NCBI GenBank assembly: GCA_963765495.1 | Contig: CAVXWP010000001.1 | Coordinates: 96,001-160,000, forward strand | Reading direction: 5' to 3' | DNA length: 64,000 bases | Source of the DNA: Blastocatellia bacterium | GTDB lineage: Bacteria; Acidobacteriota; Blastocatellia; UBA7656 | In this document: one piece after another, positions 63,801-64,000 of the stretch | Layout: every line of letters starts with the position of its first letter | How positions within the stretch are numbered: position 1 is the stretch's first letter | The notes under the pieces: generated by a model | Database searches by the model: none | The model's input: the letters and a program-made list of their open reading frames with translations, nothing else | What the model was told of the DNA's origin: nothing | Position numbers and translations under genes: made by a program

Positions 63801-64000
63801 TCTGGTCACCAGTCGTCGGCGTGATCGTCGCATCCTTACTATTGCCGATCAGGTTCCAGCCCTGCGAGATGAGCGTGCCTTTGAAATCAGGGCCGAGGCC
63901 GTCGGCGGGTACGTTGTTGCCGGAAATGATGGTGTCTTTCGCATTTACGGTACCGGCAGAAGTGAGATTGTCAACGCCTCCGCCCTCGCCGGTACCGGCA
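60838..64000 (-). CDS. Secreted protein B2 (paralog of B1), 5' end beyond the window; frameshifts near 62484 and 62090
   Basis: Joins ORFs 62461-63786 (frame open to 64000), 62052-62513 and 60838-62091; choice-of-anchor Q modules; HYR x4 and C-terminal domain nearly identical to B1. Confidence 0.8.

Noticed and set aside
29741-64000. Diversity-generating retroelement behind the paralog variation
   Set aside because: No reverse transcriptase in the window; differences involve all bases, are largely synonymous in the conserved blocks and include indels, rather than being adenine-specific in a short TR/VR pair.

Overview
The window has two halves. Bases 1-29.5 kb are housekeeping genes of a GC-rich bacterium; the gene set (atpF'/atpF order, bshB1-bshA, ECF sigma plus Ser/Thr kinase pair, HYR and choice-of-anchor proteins) suggests Acidobacteriota, possibly Blastocatellia, which is an inference. 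This half holds a partial ATP synthase operon (b', b, delta, alpha, gamma, with no beta/epsilon or a/c), VanZ, aminopeptidase P, NYN-psuG, glgC-clpS-clpA, pheA-aroF behind an unannotated Phe/Tyr/Trp-rich leader-peptide attenuator, a di-heme protein, two split-barrel flavin/deazaflavin oxidoreductases, bshB1-bshA, mnmG, PqaA, a NupC transporter, and an exported thioredoxin-fold protein split by an in-frame UGA followed by a SECIS-like hairpin (probable selenoprotein, WASW-U-GC). Many gene junctions carry inverted-repeat elements built from 7-mer or 9-mer tandem units; two of these fold so as to join a stop codon or Shine-Dalgarno to the next start codon. Bases 29.6-64 kb are an accessory island with a ~20.4-20.9 kb-period duplication of two giant secreted-protein genes. 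One is a ~3,400-3,550 aa FG-GAP / CSLREA / beta-helix protein ending in a PorU/gingipain-like C25 peptidase with an intact His-Cys dyad; the other is a choice-of-anchor Q / HYR protein. The copies have near-identical ends but divergent, apparently swapped middles, and they flank a glycoside-hydrolase-like gene, a divergent ECF sigma/kinase pair and IS remnants. Several frameshifts are confined to the duplicated genes and may be assembly artefacts. No rRNA, tRNA or CRISPR array was seen.
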